From: Epithemia pelagica
Taxonomy: Eukaryota > Protista > Bacillariophyta
NCBI GenBank assembly: GCA_946965045.2
Contig: OX337239.1
Coordinates: forward strand, 1 to 64,000
Direction: 5' to 3'
DNA: 64,000 bases
Part shown: one piece after another, positions 43,623 to 57,196 of the stretch
Layout of the letters: each line of letters opens with the position of its first letter
Position numbering within the stretch: the first letter of the stretch is position 1
Translations under genes and position numbers: made by a program
Notes under the pieces: model-generated
Databases searched by the model: none
What the model was told of the DNA's origin: nothing
Seen by the model: the letters and a program-made list of their open reading frames with translations, nothing else

Positions 43623-45020
43623 GTGGTTTTGAAGCATCAAGGAAGTATCTGTCAGAAGACGACGACACAGCTTCTGTTGTCGGCGACAATGGTGGCGGTG
43701 CTGCTGCTGCTTCGAGTGGATACCGTGGAGCTGTGGTGGCAGTCGAAGATCGCGTGGTCGTTCTTCTCCTTCCGCCATGCGACAAACGTTGAGTCACACA
43801 GCGTCATTATTGACGAGCGGCCACAACGACCACGACTGGACGAAAAATGGTCGTGCCCGAGGCTGCGCCCAATCCACGAATGCAACAATCACGGAAACAA
43901 GCACGGAGGGTTGCATCCAAACAACCACCATCACCAGCGACAACAGCACACCAGCAAGAAGAAAAAGAAGAACCAACAGGACATTCCAGAGAATCGTTCC
44001 TCGAGTACTGCTAGTCGTTTTCATGTTTGGAATTATGACAAGAAACGACCTCCAACACACGCACATCCAGAACGTGATTTAGAGGAGGACGACGACAAGC
44101 CCCATTCCGTTGACTCCAGGATTGTTTCTTCCACAGCCTCGTATTTGACCTCGTGTCTGACGGCTGCCTTTACCATTGGTTATGGTGTCGGAACCTGGCC
44201 GCATCATTTGCCGACAAGCAGCAGCCGCAGGACAAGCAGGAGCAGTACAGATCGTGGGCGGGGAGACGAAACGGATGCCGAAACAGGATCATTGTCCTGG
44301 TCCTTTTCGTCCGAGAATCCTCCTATCAGCCATAGCAGCCATGTCAGTACAAAAACGACTCTTCTTTCTCGCTCGCAAGTGGTGCGACAATTGCCACCCT
44401 GTGAATTTGTGCAGTTTCAATGTTGGTCTCGCCTGCAAGCACCGACTGGTGCGGCGACACAGGTGGCTGTCGTGCGGGCCGTGACACTGGCGTCGTCGTC
44501 GTGGGTGAGGAGTATGACTGCCATGGGTGGGAAACGACGAGGCAATCGCCATTCAAATAAGTACTACAATCACAAAACAGACACTCGTACAAACCATGAT
44601 CCTCCCTTGGGTTGGTCCTGGTTGTTTCAAACCTTTGGTGTCGAACAATTGCACGTGCAAGCCTTGGATCGAGCCTTGTCCAGCAATCTGCGCAACATTG
44701 TGTTGGATCGCTTGCAACAAACGGGTACCACGGCCCAAAACAAAAAAGCCTTGATGCGAATCCTCCACGAGTTGCCAGAAAAACCACAAGGAAAGGACTC
44801 CACAGACCTGGCCTGGTCCTTTCCAGAGTACTACTCGTCCCGTAATCGAAGAATGGTGGTGAACCAAACCGAGCCGAACCAGCAGCTGCAGCGTCACCCT
44901 AAGAGGTGGTGGTGGAACAAGAACCCGCATCACAACAAGATGTGGTGGCATGGCAAAAAGGACAAGACGAGCCTCGATCATTCTCCTTCTTTTTCTTTTA
45001 GCAACAATGATCCAAAATGA
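43623..45020 (+). CDS. Hypothetical protein
   Basis: 465-codon ORF with low-complexity stretches; no family recognised. Confidence 0.35.
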   Translation: MVLKHQGSICQKTTTQLLLSATMVAVLLLLRVDTVELWWQSKIAWSFFSFRHATNVESHSVIIDERPQRPRLDEKWSCPRLRPIHECNNHGNKHGGLHPNNHHHQRQQHTSKKKKKNQQDIPENRSSSTASRFHVWNYDKKRPPTHAHPERDLEEDDDKPHSVDSRIVSSTASYLTSCLTAAFTIGYGVGTWPHHLPTSSSRRTSRSSTDRGRGDETDAETGSLSWSFSSENPPISHSSHVSTKTTLLSRSQVVRQLPPCEFVQFQCWSRLQAPTGAATQVAVVRAVTLASSSWVRSMTAMGGKRRGNRHSNKYYNHKTDTRTNHDPPLGWSWLFQTFGVEQLHVQALDRALSSNLRNIVLDRLQQTGTTAQNKKALMRILHELPEKPQGKDSTDLAWSFPEYYSSRNRRMVVNQTEPNQQLQRHPKRWWWNKNPHHNKMWWHGKKDKTSLDHSPSFSFSNNDPK

Positions 45021-45913
45021 TTAGGAGTATATGATGTCGGTTTGTATGGTCAACGACCCTCCTCAGCAGGACCTTGTGGTTGTTTCTTCATGGTTCGCCC
45101 ATGGCAAAACAATCCAAAATCAATCATTGGCCGCCATCATGCTGACCATGTTCTCTCTCTCATTCCCCCATAATTTGGCGGCGATAATGCGTAGATATCT
45201 CTTCCTCTTGTGGTTTTGGTTGGGGAACAGAAAAGTGCGGGGCAAAAACATCGCTACCATTCGCTATCGTCTAGCGACTACTGGTAGCGACTCCACTCCA
45301 CTCGTATTCGGTGGAAGTGGAATCGTCATGGGGACACGAGCGAATGCAAGGTGCTTCTCGAGCTACCCTTTCCTCATCAATAGTAATCGTAGGATTTCGC
45401 CCTCGTTTGGATGTTTGCGGGATAGATAAGTTCTGGCGAGCTTAGTAGTTTGGAACCAGTCCAACCATTCATGGTTCCCTTGCTATGAACTAGAGGAATG
45501 ATGTCGCATTCAAAGCAGGGAAATTTTGCAAACATCACATAATCTCTAGTTCATGTGGGCTCATCCACTACCACTAATACCTCTCTACCTAGTAGAGGCG
45601 AGTCCTTCATCTCCCTGTCTACGACAATGGTAGTGCCGGCATTCAAAGCGATGAATATCATGTTGTGATTTTTGCCAATGATAGTGACTATTTGTGTTTG
45701 AAGGCATTCATGGGCAACATGGATGAGGCCGAGGACGTACCTCTTGGACATTGCTGGAATGTAAGGTATTACCCTCTTATCCATCAACAAGGAAACCTAT
45801 ACTCAACTTTTTCAAAATACTTGTACGGCAGGAACATGAAGACAAACAAAAACATGGTTACTTCTGAATTAGATTCAACATAGTAGATCCTTCGACTGTG
45901 GCTGACCTAGCAC

Positions 45914-46834
45914 TTAGGAGAGACCAAACACCATCATGGCCATTCCAATCCCAAACACCAGTGAGAACGGATTCATGGACAGTGTCACACTCGCACCCGA
46001 CACTAAGGAGGTCTGGTTGTTGTTGGCAGACAAGGATGACTGGAACAAGTTCTCAAATTCCGTCCGTGTAAAACAAGTATCGGCTCCACTCTCCTCTTGA
46101 ATGTGTTGGGCCAATTCGGGACTGACTACCGAAGAACCACCAAAAAACAAGTTGACAAAATCCACCACATTGTCCCCCGTGATACAGAGATCATCCAGAG
46201 CGGCTTCACTGCCCTCGGCGCCAGTTGCAACACCGGTGCAGGCCACTACATCGTCGAACAAAAACTTTCCTGATTTTCCGGCCGGGAGCTGGATATGCTC
46301 CATTTCCCAAGTATCAATGGAACCATCCTTGTTGGTATCAATAAATTCAATCGCATCTTGGACCATTGAATCCAAATCCAGTCCGTCTTGACTTGCTGAA
46401 TCATCCACAAGGCCGGACAACAATGACGTGTAGAGAGACCGGAGTATATCGGTCGAGAACGTTTGGCCAGTCTCCATACGAGCAACAAGGTCTTCCAAGG
46501 TTTGATCCGCTTGTGTCAAAGAAGCGCCCTTGTTTGGCACGTGTGATTGGCCTCCTTGCTGAGACGTGAGGAGAAAGCACTTGTTGTTGTGGTTCGTTTC
46601 TTCTGGAACAGCCGTCAAGGTACGCCGAAGGTCCAATTTTCCGACCACCAATCCAACAAGCAGCAACAAAATCGCAATCCCAATAAAGACGAGAAAGAAT
46701 TTGGGCCGCGGTTCTTCAGGACTTGGTTGTACGTTTGCAGCGATGTAGAAGAAATTTGTACCATCAGGGAACGGAACCGGAACCGGAACACCGCCATTCA
46801 AAAGATTGAGATTGCTGGCATCGAATTCGAACAC
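45914..46834 (-). CDS. Membrane protein with EF-hand-like loop(s), probably 5'-incomplete
   Basis: TM segment FFLVFIGIAILLLLVGLVVG, DTNKDGSIDTWE EF-hand loop, hydrophobic C-terminus. Confidence 0.55.
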   Translation of the reverse strand: MFEFDASNLNLLNGGVPVPVPFPDGTNFFYIAANVQPSPEEPRPKFFLVFIGIAILLLLVGLVVGKLDLRRTLTAVPEETNHNNKCFLLTSQQGGQSHVPNKGASLTQADQTLEDLVARMETGQTFSTDILRSLYTSLLSGLVDDSASQDGLDLDSMVQDAIEFIDTNKDGSIDTWEMEHIQLPAGKSGKFLFDDVVACTGVATGAEGSEAALDDLCITGDNVVDFVNLFFGGSSVVSPELAQHIQEESGADTCFTRTEFENLFQSSLSANNNQTSLVSGASVTLSMNPFSLVFGIGMAMMVFGLS

Positions 46835-48701
46835 AGACCCGACACACGATGTCGGAATTCCTCGTGTGGATTGGGATGGTGTGGGTTTGGTCGATCATCG
46901 TCGTCCTTGCAATGGCGGCGTACTCGTCGACCCGATACCATTCGCAAGAAAAAGTCATCCTTATCTTGACTGTCGCACAGTCCGACGGATTGTTTGCATT
47001 ATGGCGGGGATGCTTGTTCGTGGTTGGGTATTACCTTGCATTCCTGGGTGGTTCATTATTTGCATTGGTCTTTCCGGTCCAGTTTTGCTGCCGTTTTTTG
47101 AGTGCCGCCGTCGGATTGTTGGTCTCGACCTTGCTCTTTGCCGCAGTCTTGAACGGATTGGGACATCATCATCCCAAGTGTTTGGGTGGCGTGGACTTTT
47201 ATGAAGCAGATTACTTTACCGATGCCTTTGTGTTGATGCCTTTGTTTCGAGTTGGACCACCTTTAGTACGGTACGTGCACACACACGCACAAGACACTAG
47301 GTAGGGACATTTGCCAAGAGGTGGTTGTCATGTTTGTGTTGTATCCATGATTCCATGTGTTTTCTCATACTGTCGTTGTGCACACATGTGTGCTGCTGTG
47401 GGATTGGTGGTATCTGTATAATACCAGGTGGGATATGGGTTGATTTACAGTGGTATTAGTGCCGATGAACACGCGATATTCGCAAATGTACAGGCATGAC
47501 CATTGTCGTGACCTTGTAGGCCTTTGCCTTTCCAAGGTCACACGAACCCAATCCGTGGCCCAAGTAGCCTTCTTTAGTACACCCATTGTCATTCGATATG
47601 GATCCATGTTCGAGGTGTTGCTTGTTTGCAAGGTTTGTTCCTCATCTTGCGAGACAATGGCTTATAAACAAAAGCTATGGTTTGTAAAAAATATCTAGGG
47701 GTAACTACTCGTGCTATCTTTCGATTTACGGGTCCGGTCGCACATGCGTATAATGAGCGCAATCGCAAAGTCGCGTTTTGATAGAATGGCCTGCGTGAAA
47801 GCGCGATGCGATTTGGAAGGAATTTTGGTGAGCATGAGCACCAAAATCGCGCTTTCGCGCGTCGATAGAATGGGCCCCGCAGTGCATGCGATCACGCGTG
47901 ACTCACTCACATGCTTGGGGGTATGTGGCTCCTGAATACGACGGATACTGAACTCAGCCGTCCTATACCGCCTTTGCGGTTTCAATCTTTTTCTGTATGA
48001 AGCCTTGGGGATCTTCTGGTCGTGAGGTTGTTTTGATCCGCGACCATTTCGTTACACCCAAGCTGATTCATTCCATAAAGATCTATTTGTTAAGAAGAGA
48101 CAAACATGGATTCAACCGATGGGTTGGGTATCTTGTCGTCAGACATTTTTTGCTTCCGGTTGGCTGCAAATGCAGCACACGACCACGACATGACGAGAGA
48201 TTCTCGTTTTCATAATGGAGAAAGATGCCACAGAAACATTTTGTGTTGTTACCAAACCCAACAAACAGGAATTGAAGAAACAAACCAACCAACCAGTCCA
48301 TCTCTCTTGCTCTATACCACAATCGCACCACGAGGAGGAACGGGGATTGTGCCGGCTCGAGAGAGAGACACACAACAGAGAGAGAGACGAGGATTCCAAA
48401 CCAGGACAAGGAGAAGAACCGAAAACGATTTGCTTTCCGACAAAGAGTCTCAATTGTGGCCCTACTTGGATTGATTGATTGATTGATTCCGTCATTCAGT
48501 CCTTTCACTCTCGTTTCCCTTTGTTCGTGGGCCTGTTGGGTACGGTTGGTCTTTCAGTGTCGTGTTTGTTGGTTGGTTGGTTGATTGATTGATTGAATCT
48601 CAGAGTGCCCCTCACTCTGGTTCTCACACGGCACGTTTGGCTGGAATATCGAGACACAGAGCCGTGCTAAATCCTTTTGGCTCCGTGTCCACGTAAACAC
48701 C

Positions 48702-51123
48702 ATGTCTCTGGTCACAGGAGCATCCACCTCGACCCGTCCAAACCACAACAATGATGCTCACGAGGGGGAAGAGGAGGAGGAGTCAGCCATGAATGCTTCC
48801 TCCACATCGACAACGACAAGACCCGTCACTACCAGATGCACAACACCCCTGGGACGACGTTTCTTGGCCGCTTCCTTTCCCACTCTAAACAACAACAATA
48901 CCAACCACAATTCCTTGTTGTTTCCTCGGTCTCGTCGTCGTCGTTCGCATCGCCGTCCCTTGTTGCCAACCACCACAAGCAGAACCTCTCGAGCATCCAC
49001 GACGACTTCAGAAACCACCACCACATCCTCTACGAGCAATACGACTACGAGTAATTGGTTGGACTATTCCTCCTTGGCCCACATGCCCGGTCCCAATCGC
49101 ATTGTCCCTCGTACATTGCATCCCTGGAGTGTCCATGCCGGTACGCGGAATCAATGGATGGTCACCTTGGGCTTGCCCATTCCCACAACCACAACCACCA
49201 CAACGACGACACCACAACACAGCCACTCCTCCACCACATTGCGCTATGTCCAATACGAATTTGCCACGGAACGAGAAGCGCGCAAATTTGGCAAGGCCTA
49301 TGCCCCTCCCAAACTACAAACCCAACGAGGGGGCTGTGTCTTGTGCCAGGCCGAACAAGAAGAACAAGAAGAAGAAGAACGACAGCGACAACCAGAACAA
49401 CAAGGGTCACTGCACGCCACCCGTGCGAGTCCTCACACCAACAATCACAATGGCCCTACGACAACAACGACAATGCCCTGGTCGGCTCGTCGTCATTCCA
49501 AGCGACGTCGTCGAGGCCTTTCGGCAGCAACGACTCGATCCATGACCAGCAGCGCATGCTCCTCTTCCTCCACATCGCCGGCAGCGGCAGGTGGTCTCTT
49601 TGGCATTCGTCCCTGTCGCAATTGTGGCATTGCCGTCTGTCCGGCTCATGCCACGCAATGGGGCATTCGCATGTTGCCCAAAACCTACTGGTCCTCCAGC
49701 CATCACCCTACCAATACTACCAATACTACCAATACAACTACAACTACCAATCCACTCACGTCCTCCCACACGGATGCTCCGACTTCCACCACTACCACCA
49801 CCACGACGACATGTGGCATGGCCGGGGATTCCACAACGACAACGACAACGAGTTCTTCTTCGTCGTCGCGTACCGTCGTGCGCGTCTGTCAAGCCTGCGA
49901 TTGGTTGTCCAATGCCTTTTGTCTGTCCTTGTTGCAAGGACGGTACGCCGATGCGGTCGAATTGTATCAAACGGTACGTGGACGACACACACAATACGGA
50001 CACTTTAATAGTACTGTAGACAGTTGGTCGTTCGGGTTGGAACGATTGGACAAGATTGTGGAATCCACGCCCCCTGGATTCCTCTCATGCGATGGATATA
50101 CACACCCTTGATCTCTTGTTGGATCTCTCTTTCTCACATTTACTGCTGTGTGTTTCCGTTCGTTTGGATCTTTTTATTTTGTGTGACAATGACTGGCTTG
50201 GTTTTGGTGACACCCCTATTATACTGCTACGACTACACGATTTCCTCTCTCTTTCTATATATACACATGTACAGGGCAATGTCAATTTGCGAACTTGCTT
50301 TGCCGACATTCATCAAGAAGCCATGTTCCCAGTCCATTGTGCCGTCATGGGAGGATCCTTGGACTGTATCCAATGGTTGGTCGAGAAGGAATGTTGTCCC
50401 ATTCGGGTCCCTTCCAAACAACAACCCAACCACAACAACGATTCGTCCCACACCACGACAACAACGACAACTTGGTCCAGTGTGCAAACCTCGGCCTCGC
50501 GCACCGTGTTGGATTTGGCCATGACGGGACGACCGAAATGGGATATCTTGGCCTTTTTGGTACAAAAGGGCGGCTTGTCCTTGACCAACCATGTCAAGGA
50601 TAAGAGTTTGGTGAGCAAAACCTTGGAAGCCATGTTGCTCAAGACCCCGTGGAACAAAAAGAAGAAGAACAAGAACAAGAAACACGACCAAACTAATTTG
50701 CTCTTGTTGTCCGCCTTGACCGAGAGTGCCACGACCGTGCCGTCGTCCCCCACTTGTACCGCCATGATTGTCGAAAATGACGACGAGGAGGAGGAGGAGG
50801 AGGAGGAGGAAGACCATTTGCACGAATCATCCTCCTCCGACGAGCACCATCCATCCAGTGCCGAGGACATGGCATTGTCGGCTTGCTTGTCGTGTGATTC
50901 CTCCTGCAGCAATAACAGCAGTCGTATGGAAGAGGAAGAAGATTCCTTTTGGAAGGAGGAGGACGACGATGAGAATGCCTGTCACATTTGTTTTGATCAA
51001 CCCATGGATTGTGTCTTTACACCTTGTGGTCATTTCATGTGCTGCTTTGAGTGTGGCAGTAAAGTGCAGTCCTGCCCCGTTTGCAAAGTTTCGTGTTCGG
51101 CCTTGCGCATTTACAAGAGTTGA
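48702..51123 (+). CDS. FYVE-like Zn finger, ankyrin-like repeat and C3HC4 RING protein, copy 1; exons 48702-49973 and 50275-51123
   Basis: CVLC...RPCRNCGIAVC..H...VCQAC; FPVHCAVMGG and TVLDLAM; CHICFDQPMDCVFTPCGHFMCCFECGSKVQSCPVC; phase-0 intron. Confidence 0.82.
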
Positions 51124-52737
51124 TGAGGATCCGGACAAGAAGGACGACCACGATTCGGACCAGGACGACAGCGACACGAGACAGTTTGGATTCCTCTCTT
51201 CCCGAACCACCAAAGAGAATGCCCAAACGAACACGACGTATACTATATTCGAGTTGGAGCGGACCATTGACCTTTCTCTATGGACTTTTTAGCAGGAGAA
51301 CATTTCCCACACACACGCCGACACATGCGCAATATACTCTCGAGTAGAAGAGAAACCATATTAGTATAGACGAATACCTGGGACGACAAGCGACCCACCA
51401 AGGAGAGAAGGAAACCCCCCAACGACACACACCATTTACTGAACTACATTCGAGCAGACCATGGACCTTTTCATATTAGTATTGACTTTGCAGGAGAACA
51501 CTTTTCACGCCCACATACCGACACAGACATACAATATATACTAGAAGAGAAACCATATAGGACAATATACTCTACAAGAGAAACCATATACGATAAACGA
51601 ATCCCTTCTGGGTGGTTCGCTCGCCGCGCATGACCAACCACTTCTTTGTTTGGTATCTACCTGTTACATGTATCGAATAGCCTAATTTCTACACACTCGA
51701 CGGAACATATCATGTCTCTCGTTTGGTTTTGGTGTTCTGGTACGTCTTCCACGGACTACTATTACGCAACTAAATGCTGCAGTTCAATCGAGTATGGAGA
51801 TTCCTTCGAGAGTGTGTGTCTGGAATCAAGAGAACTGCACGCCCCAACGGCAAGAGAGACCACACAGCTACCACCATTTCGTTACACCCAAGCTGATTCA
51901 TTCCATAACGATCTATATGTTGTGAAGAGGAAATCATGGATTCAGCCGATGGGTTGGGTATTTTGTCGTCATTCGGACATATTTTGCTTCCGGTTGGCTG
52001 CAAATGCAGCACACCACGACATCACGAGAGAATTTCGTTTTCTTACGGATGATGGAGAAAGATGCCACAGAGACATTGTGTTGTTGTTCCCAAACCAAAC
52101 TAGAAAAAGAATTGAACCAACCAACCAACCAGTCCGTCCATCTCTCTTGCACTAAACCACAATCATTCGGACATATTTTGCTTCCGGTTGGCTGCAAATG
52201 CAGCACACCACGACATCACGAGAGAATTTCGTTTTCTTACGGATGATGGAGAAAGATGCCACAGAGACATTGTGTTGTTGTTCCCAAACCAAACTAGAAA
52301 AAGAATTGAACCAACCAACCAACCAGTCCGTCCATCTCTCTTGCACTATACCACAATCGCGCAACACGAGGAGGAACGGGGATTGTGTCGGCTCGAGAGA
52401 GAGAGACACAACAGAGAGAGAGACGAGGATTCCAAACCAGGACAAGGAGAAGAACCGAAAACGATTTGCTTTCCGACAAAGAGTCTCAATTGTGGCCCTA
52501 CTTGGATTGATTGATTGATTGATTTCGTCATTCAGTCCTTTCACTCTCGTTTCCCTTTGTTCGTGGGCCTGTTGGGTACGGTTGGTCTTTCAGTGTCGTG
52601 TTTGTTGGTTGGTTGGTTGATTGATTGATTGAATCTCAGAGTGCCCCTCACTCTGGTTCTCACACGGCACGTTTGGCTGGAATATCGAGACACAGAGCCG
52701 TGCTAAATCCTTTTGGTTCCGTGTCCACGTAAACACC

Positions 52738-55187
52738 ATGTCTCTGGTCACAGGAGCATCCACCTCGACCCGTCCAAACCACAACAATGATGCTCACGAG
52801 GGGGAAGAGGAGGAGGAGTCAGCCATGAATGCTTCCTCCACATCGACAACGACAAGACCCGTCACTACCAGATGCACAACACCCCTGGGACGACGTTTCT
52901 TGGCCGCTTTCTTTCCCACTCCAAACAACAACAATACCAACCACAATTCCTTGTTGTTTCCTCGGTCTCGTCGTCGTTGTTCGCATCGCCGTCCCTTGTT
53001 GCCAACCACCACAAGCAGAACCTCTCGAGCATCCACGACGACTTCAGAAACCACCACATCATCCTCTAATACGAGCAATACGACTACGAGTTGTTGGTTG
53101 GACTATTCCTCCTTGGCCCACATGCCCGGTCCCAATCGCATTGTACCCCGTACCTTGCATCCCTGGAGTGTCCATGCCGGTACGCGGAATCAATGGATGG
53201 TCACCTTGGGCTTGCCCATTCCCACAACCACAACGACGACGACACCACAACCCAGCCACTCCTCCACCGCATTGCGCTATGTTCAATACGAATTTGCGAC
53301 GGAACGAGAAGCGCGCAAATTTGGCAAGGCCTATGCCCCTCCCAAACTACACTCCCCTCGATTGGGGTGTGTCTTGTGCCGGGCCGAACAACAAGAACAA
53401 GAACAAGAAGAACGGCAGCGACACCAAGAACAAGAAGAAGAAGAACAACAACAACAACAACAACAAGGGACACGAAACACCACCCGTGCGAGTCCTCACA
53501 ACCACCACAATGGCCCCACGGCAACAACAACGACGACAACGACAATGCCCTGGTCGGCTCGCCGCCATTCCAAACGACGTCGTCGAGGCCGTTCGGCGAC
53601 GCGATCCATGACAAGCAGCAGCACATGCTCCTCCTCCTCCACATCGTCACCGGCAGCGGCAGCGGGTCTCTTTGGCATTCGTCCCTGTCGCAATTGTGGC
53701 ATTGCCGTCTGTCCGGCTCATGCCACGCAATGGGGCATTCGCATGTTGCCCAAAACCTACTGGTCCTCCAGCCACCATGCCACCACCAGCACGAACAGCA
53801 ACAATACTACTACAACTACCAATACAACTACCAATCCACCCACGTCCTCCCACACGAATGCTCCGGCGACTTCCACCACCAATACTAACACCACGACATA
53901 CGGCACGGCCGGGGATTCCCAAACGACAACAACAACGAGTTCTTCTTCGTCGTCGCGTACCGTCGTGTGCGTCTGTCAAGCCTGCGATTGGTTGTCCAAT
54001 GCCTTTTGTCTGTCCTTGTTGCAAGGACGGTATGCCGATGCGGTCGAATTGTATCAAACGGTACGTATAATACGTGTGACCACTACTGACGAATGACACT
54101 AGCATTGTGGACAGTTGGTTGTTCTGGTTGGAACGATTGGACAAGATTGTGGAATCCACGGCCCTTGATTCCTCTCATGAGATATACACACACGCTTGAT
54201 CTCTTGTTGGATCTCTCTCTTTCTCACATTGACTGCTGTGTGTTTCCTGGACCTTTCTATTTTGTTTGAAACGAATGACTGGCTCGGTTTTGGTGACACC
54301 CCGATTATACTGCTTCGACTGCACGATTCTCGCTCTCTCTCTTTCTATATATACAAATTATACAGGGCAATGTCAATTTGCGAACTTGTTTTGCCGACAT
54401 TCATCAAGAAGCCATGTTCCCAGTCCATTGTGCCGTCATGGGAGGATCCTTGGACTGTGTCCAATGGTTGGTCGAGAAGGAATGTTGTCCCATTCGGGTC
54501 CCTTCCAAACAACAACCCAACACCAACAATGATTCGTCCAACACCACGACAACTTGGTCCAGTGTGCAAACCTCGGCCTCGCGCACCGTGTTGGATTTGG
54601 CCATGACGGGACGACCGAAATGGGATATTTTGGCCTTTTTGGTACAAAAGGGCGGCTTGTCCTTGACCAACCATGTCAAGGATAAGAGTTTGGTGAGCAA
54701 AACCTTGGAAGCCATGTTACTCAAGAGCCCGTGGAACAAAAAGAAGAAGAACAAGAACAAGAAACACGACCAAACTAATTTGCTCTTGTTGTCCGCCTTG
54801 ACCGAGAGTGCAACGACCGTGCCATTGGCACCCACCTCAACCGCCATGATTGTCGAAAATGACGACGATGATGAGGAGAAAGACAATTTGCACGAATCAT
54901 CCTCCTCCGACGAGCACCATCCATCCAGTGCCGAGGACATGGCATTGTCTACTTGCTTATCGTGCGATTCCTCCTGCAGCAACAGTCGTATGGAAGAAGA
55001 AGAAGATTCCTTGTGGAAGGAGGAGGACGACGATGAGAATGCCTGTCACATTTGTTTTGACCAACCCATGGATTGTGTCTTTACCCCCTGTGGTCATTTC
55101 ATGTGCTGCTTTGAGTGTGGCAGTAAAGTGCAGTCCTGTCCCGTTTGCAAAGCCGCGTGTTCCGCCTTGCGCATTTACAAGAGTTGA
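52738..55187 (+). CDS. FYVE-like, ankyrin-like and RING protein, copy 2; exons 52738-54060 and 54366-55187
   Basis: Paralog of 48702-51123 with conserved splice sites and open frames. Confidence 0.82.
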
Positions 55188-56278
55188 TGAGGATCCGGAC
55201 AAGAAGGACGACCACGATTCGGACCAGGACGACAGCGACACGAGACAGTTTGGATTCCTCTCTTCCCGAGCCACCAAAGAGAATGCCCAAACGAACACGA
55301 CGTATACTATATTCGAGTTCGAGCGGACCATTGACCTTTCTCTATGGACTTTTTAGCAGGAGAACATTTCCCACACACACACCGACGCATGCGCAATATA
55401 CTCTCTAGTAGAAGAGAAGCCATATTAGTATAGACGAATACCTGGGACGACAAGCGACCCACCAAGGAGAGAAGGAAACCCCCCAACGACACACACCATT
55501 TACTGAACTACATTCGAGCAGACCATGGACCTTTTCATATTAGTATTGACTTTGCAGGAGAACACTTTTCACGCCCACATACCGACACAGACATACAATA
55601 TATACTAGAAGAGAAACCATATAGGACAATATACTCTACAAGAGAAACCATATACGATAAACGAATCCCTTCTGGGTGGTTCGCTCGCCGCGCATGACCA
55701 ACCACTTCTTTGTTTGGTATCTACCTGTTACATGTATCGAATAGCCTAATTTCTACACACTCGACGGAACATATCATGTCTCTCGTTTGGTTTTGGGTTT
55801 CTGGTACGTCTTCCGAGGGCCTAACGAAATACTCTCCGTTCTACATTGAGTATACTATGGATTTTCCTTCGAGAGTGTGTGTCTGGAATCAAGAGAACTG
55901 CACGCCCCAACGGCAAGAGAGACCACACAGCTACCACCATACATGTTAGGAGAGCCGCGATATATATGGATCGAAATGACCCAACTGTGGATCGATCTAT
56001 ACTATGAATGGATGGATAAAGAGGAATGGATCCAACGAATACCTAGTAGACGTTTCTCTTCTCTACTACGACCGGTTCAACCGGGTGTGTGGAACCCACA
56101 CACGAAACATGTGTCCTTGTACAATCTCTCTCTAGTACACGATAGTCTTTTAATTTTTTAGGTGATGTGTCTTTTGGGTGTGCGTCTCTTGCTTGCTTGG
56201 TTTGGTTTTGTTTGCATGTTATTACGTGTATATATTATAGTAGTCGTAGTATAGTAAGTTTTCGTGGTTTGTGGTTGA

Positions 56279-57055
56279 TTACCCCGGCGGCCACGTCAAG
56301 GGTCGTCCTCCAATGACATGAAGATGCAAATGAAAGACCGATTGTCCCGCTTCCCTACCATTGTTGACGACGAGTCGAAAGCCGTGATCTCCACATTGCT
56401 CCTGTCCAATGCGACCGGCCACGTGCATCAAGTGTCCCAACAAGGCCTCGTGCTGTGCCGTACTTTTGCTGAGCATGGTCAAGCCCTGCCGGTCCTTGGG
56501 AATGACGAGAATGTGCACCGGTGCCACGGGATTCACATCCCGAAAGGCCAAGACGGTATCATCTTCGTACACCTTGTCGCAAGGAATGTCGCCGGCCACA
56601 ATCTGGTCAAAAATGGTTCGTTCGCCCTGGTCGGCGGCGGCGGCGGCGCCCTCGGCGTGCGCTTGTTCCGCTGCTTGCATCTCATCGTGGGAGGACGACG
56701 ATGACATAATGGTTTTGTTCGGGTCCTGGTCGTTGTTGTCGTTGACCGAACTACTCCAATGAAACAGGCGATGATGATTCGTGGGATGCGGGCCAACAAG
56801 GGTGGGAATCCACACGGCTGGTTGTGATGATTGGAATGGTGATGATGGGGACACTCGTAAAGCGTGCCAGCCAAAGGCCGCAGTAGTACTACGGCTACTA
56901 GCAGTGCGACGAGTCGTAGCCAAAAGCACGGCCGTCCAAGAACAATACCAAAACGAAGAAGGAGAAGAAGAGCAGCGACGACGAGCCACCAAGGATGAAA
57001 CCGACAAGAGACCTCGTACCATATACGACAACAGCAGCAGCAATAGCAATAGCAA
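56279..57055 (-). CDS. HINT: Histidine triad nucleotide-binding protein (HINT family) with N-terminal extension
   Basis: TIFDQIVAGDIPCDKVYEDD, AFRDVNPVAPVHILVIPK and QSVFHLHLHVIGG; start codon uncertain. Confidence 0.92.
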   Translation of the reverse strand: MLLLLLLLLSYMVRGLLSVSSLVARRRCSSSPSSFWYCSWTAVLLATTRRTASSRSTTAAFGWHALRVSPSSPFQSSQPAVWIPTLVGPHPTNHHRLFHWSSSVNDNNDQDPNKTIMSSSSSHDEMQAAEQAHAEGAAAAADQGERTIFDQIVAGDIPCDKVYEDDTVLAFRDVNPVAPVHILVIPKDRQGLTMLSKSTAQHEALLGHLMHVAGRIGQEQCGDHGFRLVVNNGREAGQSVFHLHLHVIGGRPLTWPPG

Positions 57056-57196
57056 CCTGAAACAAACGACCAGGACCGTAACGAGGACGGCACTCTGCTC
57101 TCTCTCTCTCTCGACGCAACCCCCAAAAGATTTTTGCGAATCCTTTTTTTGGTGTCAAACCAACTGTGAGTGCGTACCAACGGCGACTGATTCTTT

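Larger units (their letters stand above)
48043..55940. repeat. Tandem segmental duplication (48043-51877 and 51873-55940); copy 2 has an internal 194-bp duplication
   Basis: Colinear high similarity; ACCAT at all three breakpoints; 51969-52154 is repeated at 52163-52348. Confidence 0.92.
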
